Source: Leptogorgia sarmentosa (Eukaryota). Taken from it: 64,000 bases of DNA. The stretch covers positions 3,906,001 to 3,970,000 of the forward strand of contig OZ210885.1 of the NCBI GenBank assembly GCA_964658305.1, written 5' to 3'. The translations under genes were made by a program, and so were the position numbers. The notes beneath the pieces are model-generated. The model saw nothing but the letters and a program-made list of their open reading frames with translations. It searched no databases and was not told where the DNA came from. The number at the start of each line of letters is the position of its first letter. The stretch's first letter is position 1. Of the stretch, positions 28,065 through 42,000 are shown in pieces.

Positions 28065-30384
28065 ATACTTATTATTTCTTCGTTTCTATGTAGTTAGACA
28101 TGCATGCTTTTGTACTCTTGATATATTTTGAATTCTAAAGAAATGAATTTTTTATTTCGGGTGAGTAGCTTTATTAGGGCAGCAACAGGTCACTCTTGTC
28201 GTTTTTTGTCACCCGCATCGTTTTTGGTCACTCATTTCGTTTTTTCTCCCTATCAAAAACAAACATGTGATGACTCGAGGCTCGTATCAGTCAATTCCGA
28301 CTCTTTTTCGAAGGAAAACGTGACGAAAAACGAATACTTCCTTTTGGAAAGCATAAGTTAGTGAACCCGAAAGCGAGGCTAAATCGTTAAGCCTTATTGA
28401 AAATTTATTTTGACAAGAATGCGAACAAAGATGGCATTCTTGCTGTACCATAGGGCTTAGCGATTAAGTCTTAGCTTCTTGTTCCTGGGCGTTTACACTG
28501 GCCTGGAATCGGGTAATTTCAGGTAAATGACGCCATGTCATTTTGTCGAGATTGGAGATTTTGTGCTGGACGTCAGACGTCTGACATCTTTGACAGAGAC
28601 CAATTTTAAACAGCGACTCTTTCAGGCGAGTATAAGTAAACGAATGTTGACTTCTGGCTATCTATCCCTAAACGGAGGCAGTACCCCCCCCCTGAAATAT
28701 TCAGAATATACTTTCATTCAGGGGGTGACTGCCTCTATTTTGGGCATTTGCTAAGTAACGAATCAGGACGAATGCAGCTCGCAAAAAAACAACAAAGATG
28801 GTATTCTGTGAGGCAGTGTCAGTTTTGTCGCGTTGACGAGGATAAATCATGACCACCGTTCCCTGCGCTTACGCACGAAGTAACAACGAGCTTAAGCAAG
28901 CGACGTTTTGACCAAACAGAGGCCAACCAGAAGTGAATCAAGCGGTTATATCCAATGAACAGCTCAACTGACCCCCAATTGGCACGCGTGTTGTCAAAAA
29001 TGTCGCTTGTTTGAGCTCGAATATCGGCCCTCGATAGATAAAATTGATACCTTCTCACTCTTCATATGATAACCTGTATTTACCGAAAATCAAGAAAACT
29101 GAGAAGCAAGACATTACATTGTATGCTTAAGGCCTGTTTACACCGGCGATTTGCGATTTTAGGAGGTATTTTCTCTTTTTGAACGATATGCAGGAGTAGA
29201 TTACTTTTAAAAGTTATTAAGGTTCATAGTGTGGAACATTTACAACTGGTCAACTCCTTCACATCGATCGTTCAAAAGTAGAAAATCGCGCCTGAAATCG
29301 CAGCAAAATCGTCCTTAATTAATTAACTAAAAACGAATATCTTCAACACCGTTGGCATATGCAAGTAAAAAAAATTAGCTGTGTTAATCATATTCGTCTG
29401 TAGTTGTGCAAAAATAATTCATTTTACACTGTCTTGAGGCCCTGTTTACACTTGCGATTTTTTCTGCGATTTCCAATGTGATTTTCTTCTTTTGACCGAT
29501 GTGAACGAGTTGGTTAATGACGAATGTGCTGAGTGCATGTTTCCTTACCTGAATATTCGTGACTGGTTCACTCATTCACATTTCACATCCATCAAAAGGA
29601 GAAAATAGCACTCGAAATCGCAGCGAAAGCTGCAAGAGTAAACGAGCCTTTGTAAAGGTCCGTTTACACCGGCCATTCTGCAATTTTCCCCTTTAGAACG
29701 ATGTGAAGGAGTTGATCAGTTATAAATGTTCAAAGATATGAAATCTCATAGCAAGTTTGATAAGTAATCTACTCCTTCACATCGTTCAAACCTCAAATGG
29801 AGAAAATCACAGCAATAATTGCCGGTGTAAACGAGCCCTACGAACCTACCGTATAATACCTAGCACAGAATGCTACCCAATAGTTCTCATGTTTTTTTTC
29901 CGTAAGCGCTTTTCGTCATCATTCGTCACTAAGCAAGTGCCCTAAACATAGGCAACCACCTCTCACCCCTCACGTATTTAACATCGAATACCTGTTAATC
30001 AACGAAAAAGGTATATGAGAGCTCAGAAATGCCATTTCCGACCAGGGCGCTTATATATATTTCCGACCACCTAGAGATTCCGAAATGTTGTCGCTCTGCG
30101 CCAGCCGTGGTGGCTGGCGTCTCGTAACATTCCCCCCTCCCCCCACATGAAAAGGCTCCCCCCCCTAACATGGGCCCGCCAGGTTAATCCGGCTCTGATT
30201 CTGTGTACCTGACGACCTGAAAACTTGGCAAACTGACACTAGTAGTTAAATAAAAATCTATTTTTCAGTTGTATAATACGTTACAGATTGCGACAGTTGC
30301 GTTTAATAGGGAGAGGTTATGGATAGGGACTGTAATCAAAAGAAAATCGTGTACCGAACGAACATCAAGCATTTTGTTATACAA

Positions 30385-31956
30385 CAATTGTATTTTGTGA
30401 TAAAAACAATACAAAGTGAGCAATTTTGAATTCAAAATCTTGCCTGGAGGATTTCCATAGCATCTCCTGCTGCCTGCTCTGTATTTTTTGTCTATTTTAG
30501 ATTCCGCAGTATTTAAAAAACTTGAAAAAAAACATTCAGAAACTTGCAAGTTCAAAGCCGCCATTTTGTTTCGGGAGGGCGACAATTATTTACGTATTGC
30601 GCGGGTAGCAAAAAAAATTTTTGGTCACTTGCTTAGTAAGCGCGCGTACTTTAATGTTATATTGCAAAATCTATTCATATAAAAGATTTTACCGGCAATT
30701 TTGTCGAGCTTCGTTAGCCCATAGGATACGGTCCCGACTCGCCAGCAGCGACCCTGCAGGTCCGATTCTCTCGTGTTGGTTTTTTGTCATATTTTTTTTG
30801 TCATTTTGTTTGTTTTTTTTCAAGCTTTTTTTCTCAGCATTTTGTTGTTAGGGTCAGAATTACTGTTTGGGCCTGGATTAGAAAAACAAAAAGAAAAGAC
30901 AATATTTTCTGTTTAGAGTCAGAATTGGATCAGTGCTTGGTAACCAAGCCGCGAAGTGATCCCCAAAAAAATTTCTGCGCGTTGGCAACCTTGCATTTAA
31001 TTAGGGTCATGTGACCGCAAATTAGCCAATCAAAATCGCTGTTTGATAGATATTATAACAATACTTTTTGCTTTTGAACTTACCTCTGAAATCCTATCTT
31101 CCATGTCAACAGTATCGCACCGAAACGTTTGAAACAACATTTAAATGTCATAATTTCGTCATTGCGATTGGCTAATTTGCGATCACATTACCCTAATGGC
31201 CGATTGTTTATAGAAAAAACTTTTAAAAATCTCGAAATAGTACAATTCATAGCAACAGCGTTAAGAGCATCCCAGAATTAGTAGAAATGCAAAGTTTGGG
31301 AGCGAAATGTTGTAAAATGTGCAAGATATGAGCATATGACCCTATAAAGTTTGCAAATTTTGTATATTTTAGTAGCTATTACGCACGGAAAATTGATACC
31401 CCTGTTGAGAAAAGGGTATCAATTTTCCGTGCGTAATGCTAAAATATACAAAATTTGCAATTCATAGTGTTATATTTAACGCATTTTACAACATTTTGCA
31501 ACCAACCACAGCAATTTTGCTAACTTTGGGATCCTCTTTAACGCTATTAAGATGAATTGTACTATTTCGAACTTTTTAAAAATTTTGTCTATTAGGCAAT
31601 CGCTCCATTAGATGTAGATGTAATGTTGCCCGCGTGGGCAATAAGTACACAATAGACCTTATGCATAATGACGTTTTGTTGCATTGCGTGACCAATATTA
31701 CCGGCATGCTTTACGAAAACATTTACAAATACCTGCAAAGCATTCTGGGAGTTGTAGTCACGCAGCGTAGAAAAACGTCAATATGCATAAGGTCTATTGT
31801 TGCCCTTCCGAAAATTAAAATGGTGGCTTTGAACTTGCAAGTTTCTAAATGTTTTTTTTCAAGTTTTTTAAATACTACTGAATCGAAGAGACGAAAAATA
31901 CACAGCAGGCAACAGAAAATGTATTGTATTGTTTTTTTTATCACAAAATACAATTG
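30385..31956. mobile_element. Long-TIR non-autonomous DNA element with nested MITEs
   Basis: About 200-bp diverged inverted arms (CAATTGTATTTTGTGATAAAAA...AGAAACTTGCAAGTTCAAAGCC); inner inverted element at about 31196-31610. Confidence 0.7.
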
Positions 31957-32406
31957 GCTGATATTGAATATTTTTACAATTGCCTGATATCGAATACAAT
32001 TGAATATTAAAAAGCTTAATGTCTGCCCCTCGGGAAATAGTTAGCGTTCTTTTGTAGCCTCTCACTCTTTCCCTCACGAGCAGACATATAGTATACAACA
32101 GTATACCATATTGTACTGAAATACTGTTCCAACGAGCGTCATATAAAAACTGGACACATTCTGGGCCACTGTGGTTCACACATTTATAATTTGTTCCATA
32201 TACATGTTCATACATACGTTGAAAGTGAAAGAACTTGGGAAAAGCCGGCTTAGGGCAGTCACTTTGAAATCGATCATTACTTATAGCCCCGCTAATAAAT
32301 AATGCCCATAATGCCTCAATATACCAACATCCAAGTTATCGGGCTGACTTTACCATATCTATTTAATTTGCTTACATGCATTTTAGTACCTAAGCATTTT
32401 CACAGT

Positions 32407-34017
32407 TTAAAGATGTTCTACTTCCAGCCCGAGGACCTGTCCAACTGTGTCTTTCGCTGAGTCAAGAGCACTAGCCATCCAGGTGTGAAACATGCCAAGA
32501 TGCTCTCCAGTGAAGAAGATTTGCCCTTGAGGTTGCTTCATAACAGGATACAGATAAGAGAATTGACTGGGATGAAAAAAAGCAGCAGCGAACGGCCAGT
32601 GCACTGGAAGTGCCTCTTTTAGGTAATTTTCACCATCTGGACTTCCTCCACAATACTCACCGTAGACATCAACTTCCGGATACAACACCTGTAGGTTATT
32701 CAATGCCAACATAACCTTTTCGGAACTTGACATGGTAAGCCAGTTGTCTGAATCTCCCATCCAACTGTACAGAAGCAAGACTCCCTTGTTTTTGTCGCCA
32801 ATTCCGTATGATGGATAAACAACCCAACGACATGGAAGATCTGTAATTGACTGACCCCCTTTGGAAGGTCTCAAATCTTCACGTTCCCAAAAACGAGATT
32901 TAAAACGCAACGCAATCTTATAAACGGGTTCGAAATGGATTGCTCTAAGGCCATGTTCGAGTGTCACTGACCAAATTGGCTTATTTGGAATCATGCGAAT
33001 AGAATTTGGTGGAAGGGCAAGAATAACTGCATCAAACGTTTCCAACCGAACTTTTTGATCTGACGTGGAATACCCAATCTCAACACGACCGCCATTGAGA
33101 TATTTCAGAGATTGAATTGGTGCGTTGTAAATTATATTTTCTTCACCGATAACCTTTGCCATTGCTTCAGGAAGACGAGACATTCCCTGGTCGATGGTTT
33201 TCATTTCTATTGCGACCTCTCCTGTAAAGCTGGAAGTGTGCAAGACCTGATCAATCAGGCCGAGAAAGAAGTCATTTGTTTGTGAAAACATGACCTCCAC
33301 GTAATTAATTTTTTCATCACTCCAAGAACATTTAGTCGACAAATAATGATGCAGCGTCATACAATCATACTTTTTTAGCGCAGTTGGAACATCATGGAGC
33401 AATTCTTTTGCAACAGGACTGATAGCATCAAGCAACATTTTTCCGGCTTCTTCGGTGACATCAGCCTCAAGTGGGAAGCCCAGCTCATCAAGATGTTGAT
33501 TTGCATAGTCCACAGTCATGATATTATTATCTTTCTGTTTCGTACCATTAACGTAAACCCTGTTCCCTGACGGCCAGGAATTATGATATGGTATGAGGTT
33601 TATCGGAAAATCAGGCAATCTTTTATTCAGATCATTTATTAAATCAAAAACTGGTTTCTGCCACTTGACGACAGGTAGTCGCATCGCACCAGCTTCAAAG
33701 TACTGGTTCTTTTTGTCTTCAAACCAGTGCGTATAAACACGTCCACCAACTCGATCTGTGGCTTCAAATATTTTCACATCAAGCCCGTGTTTCTTAAGAA
33801 GAAGGGCGGAATACAAACCTGACATTCCTGCTCCAACAATGGCCACATTATTTAAATTAGAACGTGGAGTTGGGGACTGTAACGGTTGAGTTTTTTCATT
33901 GAGATACTGTCGATAACGTGTAGCTATATCCGATGCAATAGACGTGTCTGTACTGTAATGGGCCACCAGTAATTTGCACGAGCGTTGTTGCAATACTGCC
34001 AGACGTTGACGAAGCAT
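32407..34017 (-). CDS. Flavin-dependent amine oxidase, L-amino-acid oxidase-like (intronless, 536 aa)
   Basis: FAD-binding VAIVGAGMSGL..IFEATDRVGGRVYT, EAGAMRLP, GGQSITDLPCRWVVYPSYG, C-terminal FTGEH..HTWMASALDSA. Confidence 0.92.
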   Translation of the reverse strand: MLRQRLAVLQQRSCKLLVAHYSTDTSIASDIATRYRQYLNEKTQPLQSPTPRSNLNNVAIVGAGMSGLYSALLLKKHGLDVKIFEATDRVGGRVYTHWFEDKKNQYFEAGAMRLPVVKWQKPVFDLINDLNKRLPDFPINLIPYHNSWPSGNRVYVNGTKQKDNNIMTVDYANQHLDELGFPLEADVTEEAGKMLLDAISPVAKELLHDVPTALKKYDCMTLHHYLSTKCSWSDEKINYVEVMFSQTNDFFLGLIDQVLHTSSFTGEVAIEMKTIDQGMSRLPEAMAKVIGEENIIYNAPIQSLKYLNGGRVEIGYSTSDQKVRLETFDAVILALPPNSIRMIPNKPIWSVTLEHGLRAIHFEPVYKIALRFKSRFWEREDLRPSKGGQSITDLPCRWVVYPSYGIGDKNKGVLLLYSWMGDSDNWLTMSSSEKVMLALNNLQVLYPEVDVYGEYCGGSPDGENYLKEALPVHWPFAAAFFHPSQFSYLYPVMKQPQGQIFFTGEHLGMFHTWMASALDSAKDTVGQVLGLEVEHL

Positions 34018-34180
34018 GGTAACGTGAGTTGACCTAAATGGTAATAAAGAACAAAATGTTAATATAATATGACGTTTTGCTAAATTGGGGAGCTGTCATA
34101 AATTATACCCAGGGGGGGGGGGAGGTGGAAGGAAAGGGGCTAGGCCATGAATCTATTTCTATAAATGATAGAACTGTTAG

Positions 34181-36019
34181 TAGTATTATATAGGCCGATC
34201 GACCCTTATTTTTGAGGCTGCGTGAGGCTGCGTGAGGCTGCGTGAGGCTGCGTGAGGCTGCCCGAGGTGGTGCGAGGTGGTGCGAGGCTGCGCAGGGGTG
34301 CGCATGCGTATTGAGGCTATGAACTCATTAGAATATCGTGTTCTGATTGGTTGGATTTTACAATTCGGATACGTATCGAGATACGTGTCTTGTATTTTCA
34401 TTCTGGATACTCGTTGACGTTTTACATCGTGTTCTGATAGTTTGAACAGCGCTACGTTACGCTATAGGCGCGCTCAGATTCATCTTCTTCTACGGAATCT
34501 TTTTAGCTGACGTAAAATATCGACAACTATTCCTATATTTTCAATACGAAATCTCTCTGTCTTAAGTTGCTATCCTCGTTGTTAAGTGCAAGTAATTAAG
34601 CGGTCATTAAGACTAAATTTGCATACTCGAAGCAATTAAAATTGTACATTACATCGCGCGGGCGTTAGGGTGCTTTGCAGGAACACAAATTTCATTTTAA
34701 AATAAACATTTATTTCCTAAATCGTTTGGATATCATTTCGATATCATTCGATATCATTTCGATATCATTCGATATCATTTCGATATCATTTCGATATCAT
34801 TCGATATCATCCGATATCATTTGAGATATCATTCGATATCATTTGGGATATCAATCGATATCATTTGGGATATCATTCGATATCATTGGGATATCATTCG
34901 ATATCATTTCGATATCATTCGATATCATTGGGATATCATTCGATATCATTGGGATATCATTTGATATCATTGGGATATCATTTCGATATCATTCGATATC
35001 ATTTCGATATCATTCGATATCATTTCAATATCATTTCAATATCATTTCGATATCATTGGGATATCATTCGATATCATTGGGATATCATTTCGATATCATT
35101 CGATATCATTTCGATATCATTCGATATCATTTCAATATCATTTCGATATCGAATGATATCCCAATGATATCGAAATGATATTGAAATGATATTGAAATGA
35201 TATCGAATGATATCGAAATGATATCGAATGATATCGAAATGATATCCCAATGATATCAAATGATATCCCAATGATATCGAATGATATCCCAATGATATCG
35301 AATGATATCGAAATGATATCGAATGATATCCCAATGATATCGAATGATATCCCAAATGATATCGATTGATATCCCAAATGATATCGAATGATATCCCAAA
35401 TGATATCGGATGATATCGAATGATATCGAAATGATATCGAAATGATATCGAATGATATCGAAATGATATCGAATGATATCGAAATGATATCCAAACGATT
35501 TAGGAAATAAATGTTTATTTTAAAATGAAATTTGTGTTCCTGCAAAGCACCCTAACGCCCGCGCGATGTAATGTACAATTTTAATTGCTTCGAGTATGCA
35601 AATTTAGTCTTAATGACCGCTTAATTACTTGCACTTAACAACGAGGATAGCAACTTAAGACAGAGAGATTTCGTATTGAAAATATAGGAATAGTTGTCGA
35701 TATTTTACGTCAGCTAAAAAGATTCCGTAGAAGAAGATGAATCTGAGCGCGCCTATAGCGTAACGTAGCGCTGTTCAAACTATCAGAACACGATGTAAAA
35801 CGTCAACGAGTATCCAGAATGAAAATACAAGACACGTATCTCGATACGTATCCGAATTGTAAAATCCAACCAATCAGAACACGATATTCTAATGAGTTCA
35901 TAGCCTCAATACGCATGCGCACCCCTGCGCAGCCTCGCACCACCTCGCACCACCTCGGGCAGCCTCACGCAGCCTCACGCAGCCTCAAAAATAAGGGTCG
36001 ATCGGCCTATATAATACTA
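34181..36019. mobile_element. Foldback element, about 1.84 kb spacer-less palindrome with internal GATATCATT satellite
   Basis: TAGTATTATATAGGCCGAT...ATCGGCCTATATAATACTA. About 550-bp unique arms are nearly identical. Centre near 35148. Flanking direct repeat ACTGTTAG at 34173-34180 and 36022-36029. Confidence 0.92.
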
Positions 36020-37048
36020 CTACTGTTAGTGTTTACTTGCACTGCACTTCTCTCTCTCACGTTCAAACAACATGAACCAACGTAACAAAATCATCTCAAT
36101 GTTTTAAAAATTTCGGCAAATGAATGTTTTGTTTTCAGTAAGGAATACACATGACCCAACCATGAATTGGCAATGCGTGTTAAAAATCAGGGACGTAACT
36201 AGAGCGTTAATAGGGTTGAGGGGGAGGGTAATCAGTTTAATTTATTTCAATAGAATTTCGTCGGGCAGAACGTGAATACACACTCCTCCCCCCTCCCTCT
36301 CAAAATGAAAGCCGTAAAATCACATCGCTCAGAAGGTGATATCTGTGCATTTGATGCAAGCGTAAATGTGAGAAATACAGTCCTGCAAATTTTCTATACT
36401 TTTGTATTACGCTCGGGAAAGTGATAATCACATTCGAAATATCATTGTTCCGTTTTAACATTTCCAAACTTCCCTGGACTGCAATTTCCACATCTTATGA
36501 TACTTTGTAATTGTAACCAAACATCATGCTCTCTCCGGCTGTCCTAATGAATTTTCTCAATTCACAGTTTCGCTAAAAACCAAAGGTAAATTAAGGGGGG
36601 ACGGCAAATTCGTGTATTCGTGTTTTGCATTACTGATTTCTTTTTAAACAGTTTGGTTAAAGTGTTCGAGCACCTAAATCTGTTTGTGCCCTTAAATTTT
36701 CTATTTTTTTCCAAGAATAATTCGCACAGGGAATTACAGGGTTTGAGAAGTATCAATAAAAATTGCAAGCGGGTTTACGAAATACCAGGAGTACAAAGTA
36801 GAACTGAACATTATTTTGCCAACCGCAAATGCAATAGACCTTATGCAGGACGTTGCGAGATCAATACTACCAGCATGCTTTGCGAGGATCGTAATTGAAA
36901 CGCCCACAAATACTCGCAAAGCATGCTGGTAGTAGTGGTAACGCAGCGTAAGGAAACGTAATGGTACAGAAGGTCGAATACTTCATGTAGTACGAATAAT
37001 AGAAGTTCTATGGTTCTAGTGCGGACTACTTGAACCACAGGGTGACAG

Positions 37049-37578
37049 GGCCCAGGGTAGATATTTGCCCGCGCCCGCCTGAAAATTACTAAAAAATAAA
37101 AATAATCACAAACGGAAACATTGCGACAAGACGTGGCATTTGTCACGCATCTTTCGAGATTAATCGATAATTATCGAATCGATATACCCAGCAAGAAGGA
37201 TACAGTGTAACTCTCAAAACAATGATGCTTTTTATATCAAATAGCATAAATTCAAGTTTTCAACTCAACGACTTCCGGTTTTTTGCACAGCTGACAGCAA
37301 TGCGGATATATATTTGCCGAATTTAGACATTCCTTCGAGGATTTTAGAGCGAATTTAAGCTATTTGATAAAAGCATCGTCGTTTTGACAGTTACAGGGTA
37401 TCCTTCTTGCTGGGGATATCGATTAGTCTCGAAAGAGAATAAGAGATACATTTAAAGGCGAAAAATCGACGATAGTCTCTTAGTCTGTGTGACAAATGCC
37501 ACGTCTTGTCTCGCAATGTTTGCATCTATTATTTTTATTAATTTTCGGGCGGGCGCGGGCAAATACCTGGTCTGGGCC
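37049..37578. mobile_element. MITE with long inverted arms
   Basis: TATTTGCCCGCGCCCGCC / GGCGGGCGCGGGCAAATA, plus inner inverted AGACGTGGCATTTGTCAC and CCAGCAAGAAGGATAC pairs. Confidence 0.7.
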
Positions 37579-38688
37579 TCCTTTGCTATATATTATTTTA
37601 TTTAACAATTGCATTTTTGAGCTATGCCAAAATATGCTCAAATCATATTCTGATACAAAACAACGATGACAATCTGTTGTAAAAGGTGACGTACTTTATT
37701 ACACTATGCATTCTGGAAATGATTCTACAGGCCGAAATCGCCGAATCAATACGTAAACATAACGACTAACGGATATCCTTCCAAGGCGAGCTTGATTCGT
37801 CCATGTTGAAATATCTTACGATCAACTAAGACCCACATCGTTCATATATTCGCGTATATTCGCGACAGACTGTATCGTATAGCATAGTGTGGTATGAAAA
37901 TAATAGAACTAAATACCAAGCATATGTTTCAAATACAAGCAGACAGAAACCGTTGATTTATTAAAGACTTACATTTCTGCTGCAATGAAAAACATCTTGG
38001 TTCTTTAACTTTCCTGCTTTAGGAGATGAATCAATCGCACGTTATTATTAAATGCAAATTTAAAACGGCGTGTTGAAACATAATGACCTTTGCCCTATAC
38101 ACTGTATAAGAAATAAACACGGAGTGGTGAAATGGAATTTGCTGAAAAATGCTGACTCGGCTTGGAGGAATCGCGGACTGGCGGTCTTTTTCAATTTTTT
38201 TCGATCAATCAATGCATTTTTTCTTTTTTTCTCGGAAAAATATAACAAAGTCGACTTTCTTGTCTGATATCTTTGGGAAGCGATATGAGGAAACATTGTA
38301 AAAGGTAAGCACATTTTTGCTACAGTACCTTCAATTCAATTTTTCGTCAAAATTTTCGATCTCTATATTATTAGTATAGGTAATAAATTACACGGTTCTC
38401 CAGCGAAGTATTACTTATATTATACCTCAAATTCAAATTGTCCAATGAAAAAACAGCATTTGTACCACGTGATAGTGTGATTTTTTACGGTATTTCACTC
38501 AAATTCCTGATTTCGCAATCCAGCGAGGGATATTATAGTATCCCACGCTCACGCGTGACGCGTGGGCAACACGCGCTTAGCATATTTATGCAAAATGGCG
38601 GGCGAGCAAGACTCGGACGAAGAAATAAATAGACTTCTTGAAATTGAAGTTCGGTATAATATATAATTGAATTTCGTTCGGTATAATA

Positions 38689-38836
38689 TATCATTTATAG
38701 ACCCTCCGCTCGGGGGATTCGGCGATATTTCCCTCAGTGATGATATTTTCAGATATATCCGAGAGCCCCTCGGAAAATATCATCACTTCGGGAAACGTTA
38801 CGCCGAATCCCCCTCGCTCCGGGTCTATAAATGATA
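38689..38836. repeat. Short palindromic non-autonomous element
   Basis: TATCATTTATAGACCC..GGGGGATTCGGCG / CGCCGAATCCCCC..GGGTCTATAAATGATA. Confidence 0.7.
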
Positions 38837-39075
38837 AAAAATACATTCGCGTTTAGCGAAATATTGCAGGTTTTGGCCAGAACTATTCATTGCTAAACAC
38901 GAGTGCCATTTTTCATTATTACTTATTTTTACTTCCAGTTCAAATATAATATATATAATATATATAATATATACAATATATACAATATATATAATATACA
39001 TTGGAGAGATGTATGTAAACTTCACGTGGAATTAGTTCAACCATGGCTCGACAGATTCATCATATAAAATATCAT

Positions 39076-42000
39076 ATGTATCTGGAAAGCATGGCGCGAA
39101 TACGTATCTGGATATGCCGCGGAAACCTATCTGGACATGCCATGGATACGTATCCGGACATGCATGCTGCGGATACGTATCTGGAAATCATGGTGCGGAT
39201 ACGTATCTGGAAAGCATGGTGCGGATACGTATCTGGAAAGCATGGCACGGATATGTATCTGGAAAGCATGGCACGGATACGTATCTGGATATGCCGCGGA
39301 AACGTATCTGGACATGCAATGGATACGTATCTGGACATGCATGCTGCGGATACGTATCTGGAAAGCATGGTGCGGATACGTATCTGGAATGCATGGCGCG
39401 GACACTAATCTGGACATACATGCCGCGGATACGTATCTGGACATGCATACCGAGGATACACATGTGGCATGCATGGCGCTGACACGTATCTGGAAAGCAT
39501 GGTGCGGATACATATCTCGACATGCCATGGATACGTATCTGGACATGCATGCTGCGGATGCGTATCTGGAAAGCATGGCGCGGATACGTATCTGGAAAGC
39601 ATGGCGCGGATACGCATCTGGAAAGCATGGCGCGGATACGTATCTGGACATGCCGCGGATACGTATCTGGACATGCCATGGATACGTATCTGGACATGCA
39701 TGCTGCGGATGCGTATCTGGAAAGCATGGTGCGGGTACGTATCTGGAAAGCATGGCGCGGATACGTATCTGGAAAGCATGGCGCGGATACGTATCTGGAC
39801 ATGCATGCCACGGAGACGTATCCGGACATGCCGTGGATACGTATCTGGACATGCATACCGAGGATACACATGTGGCATGCATGGCGCGGACACGTATCTG
39901 GAAAGCATGGCGCGGATACGTATCTCGACATGCCATGGATACGTATCTGGACATGCATGCTGCGGATGCGTATCCGCACATGCATGGTGCGGGTACGTAT
40001 CTGGAAAGCATGGCGCGGATACGTATCTGGAAAGCATGCCGCGGATACGTATCTGGACATGCATGCTGCGGATGCGTATCCGCACATGCATGGTGCGGGT
40101 ACGTATCTGGAAAGCATGGCGCGGATACGTATCTGGAAAGCATGGCGCGGATACGCATCTGGACAGCATGGCGCGGATACGTATCTGGACATGCCGCGCA
40201 TACGTATCTGGACATGCCATGGATACGTATCTGGACATGCATGCTGCGGATGCGTATCTGGACATGCATGGTGCGGGTACCTATCTGGAAAGCATGGCGC
40301 GGATACGTATCTGGAAAGCATGGCGCGGATACGTATCTGGAAAGCATGGCGGGGATACGTATCTGGAAAGCATGGCGCGGATACGTATCTGGAAAGCATG
40401 GCGCGGATACGTATCTCGACATGCATGCTGCGGATGCGTATCCGGACAAGCATGGTGCGGGTACGTATCTGGAAAGCATGGCGCGGATACGTATCTGGAC
40501 ATGCATGCCACGGAGACGTATCCGGACATGCATGCCGCGGATACGTATCTGGACATGCCGTGGATATGTATCTGGACATGCATACCGAGGATACACATGT
40601 GGCATGCATGGCGCGGACACGTATCTGGAAAGCATGGCGCGGATACGTATCTCGACATGCCATGGATACGTATCTGGACATGCATGCTGCGGATGCGTAT
40701 CCGGACATGCATGGTGCGGGTACGTATCTGCAAAGCATGGCGCGGATACGTATCTGGAAAGCATGGCGCGGATACGTATCTGGACATGCCGCGGATACGT
40801 ATCTGGACATGCCATGGATACGTATCTGGACATGCATGCTGCGGATACGTATTTGGAAAGCATGGTGCGGATACGTATCTGGAAAGCATGGCGCGGATAC
40901 GTATCTGGAAAGCATGGCGCGGATACGTATCTGGACATGCCGCGGATACGTATCTGGACATGCATGCTGCGGATACGTATTTGGAAAGCATGGTGCGGAT
41001 ACGTATCTGGAAAGCATGGCGCGAATACGTATCTGGATATGCCGCGGAAACGTATCTGGACATGCCATGGATACGTATCCGGACATGCATGCTGCGGATA
41101 CGTATCTGGAAAGCATGGCGCGGATATGTATCTGGAAAGCATGGCGCGAATACGTATCTGGATATGCCGCGGAAACGTATCTGGACATGCCATGGATACG
41201 TATCCGGACATGCATGCTGCGGATACGTATCTGGAAAGCATGGTGCGGATACGTATCTGGAAAGCATGGTGCGGATACGTATCTGGAAAGCATGGCACGG
41301 ATATGTATCTGGAAAGCATGGCACGGATACGTATCTGGACATACATGCCGCGGATACGTATTTGGACATGCCGCGGATACGTATCTTGACATGCATACCG
41401 AGGATACACATGTGGCATGCATGGCGCTGACACGTATCTGGAAAGCATGGTGCGGATACGTATCTCGACATGCCATGGATACGTATCTGGACATGCATGC
41501 TGCGGATACGTATCTGGAAAGCATGGTGCGGATACGTATCTGGAATGCATGGCGCGGACACTAATCTGGACATACATGCCGCGGATACGTATTTGGACAT
41601 GCCGCGGATACGTATCTTGACATGCATACCGAGGATACACATGTGGCATGCATGGCGCTGACACGTATCTGGAAAGCATGGTGCGGATACATATCTCGAC
41701 ATGCCATGGATACGTATCTGGACATGCATGGTGCGGGTACGTATCTGGAAAGCATGGCGCGGATACGTATCTGGAAAGCATGGCACGGATATGTATCTGG
41801 AAAGCATGGCGCGGATACGTATCTGGAAAGCATGGCGCGGATACGTATCTGGACATGCATGCCATGGAGACGTATCTGGACATGCATGCCGCGGATACGT
41901 ATCTGGACATGCATGCCGTGGATACGTATCTGGACATGCATACTGAGGATACACATGTGGCATGCATGGCGCTGACACGTATCTGGAAAGCATGGCGCGG

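Noticed and set aside
34186..36085. Duplicated MKIQDTYLDTY ORFs and DII/YHS repeat ORFs
   Set aside because: Mirror images produced by the foldback arms and its internal satellite
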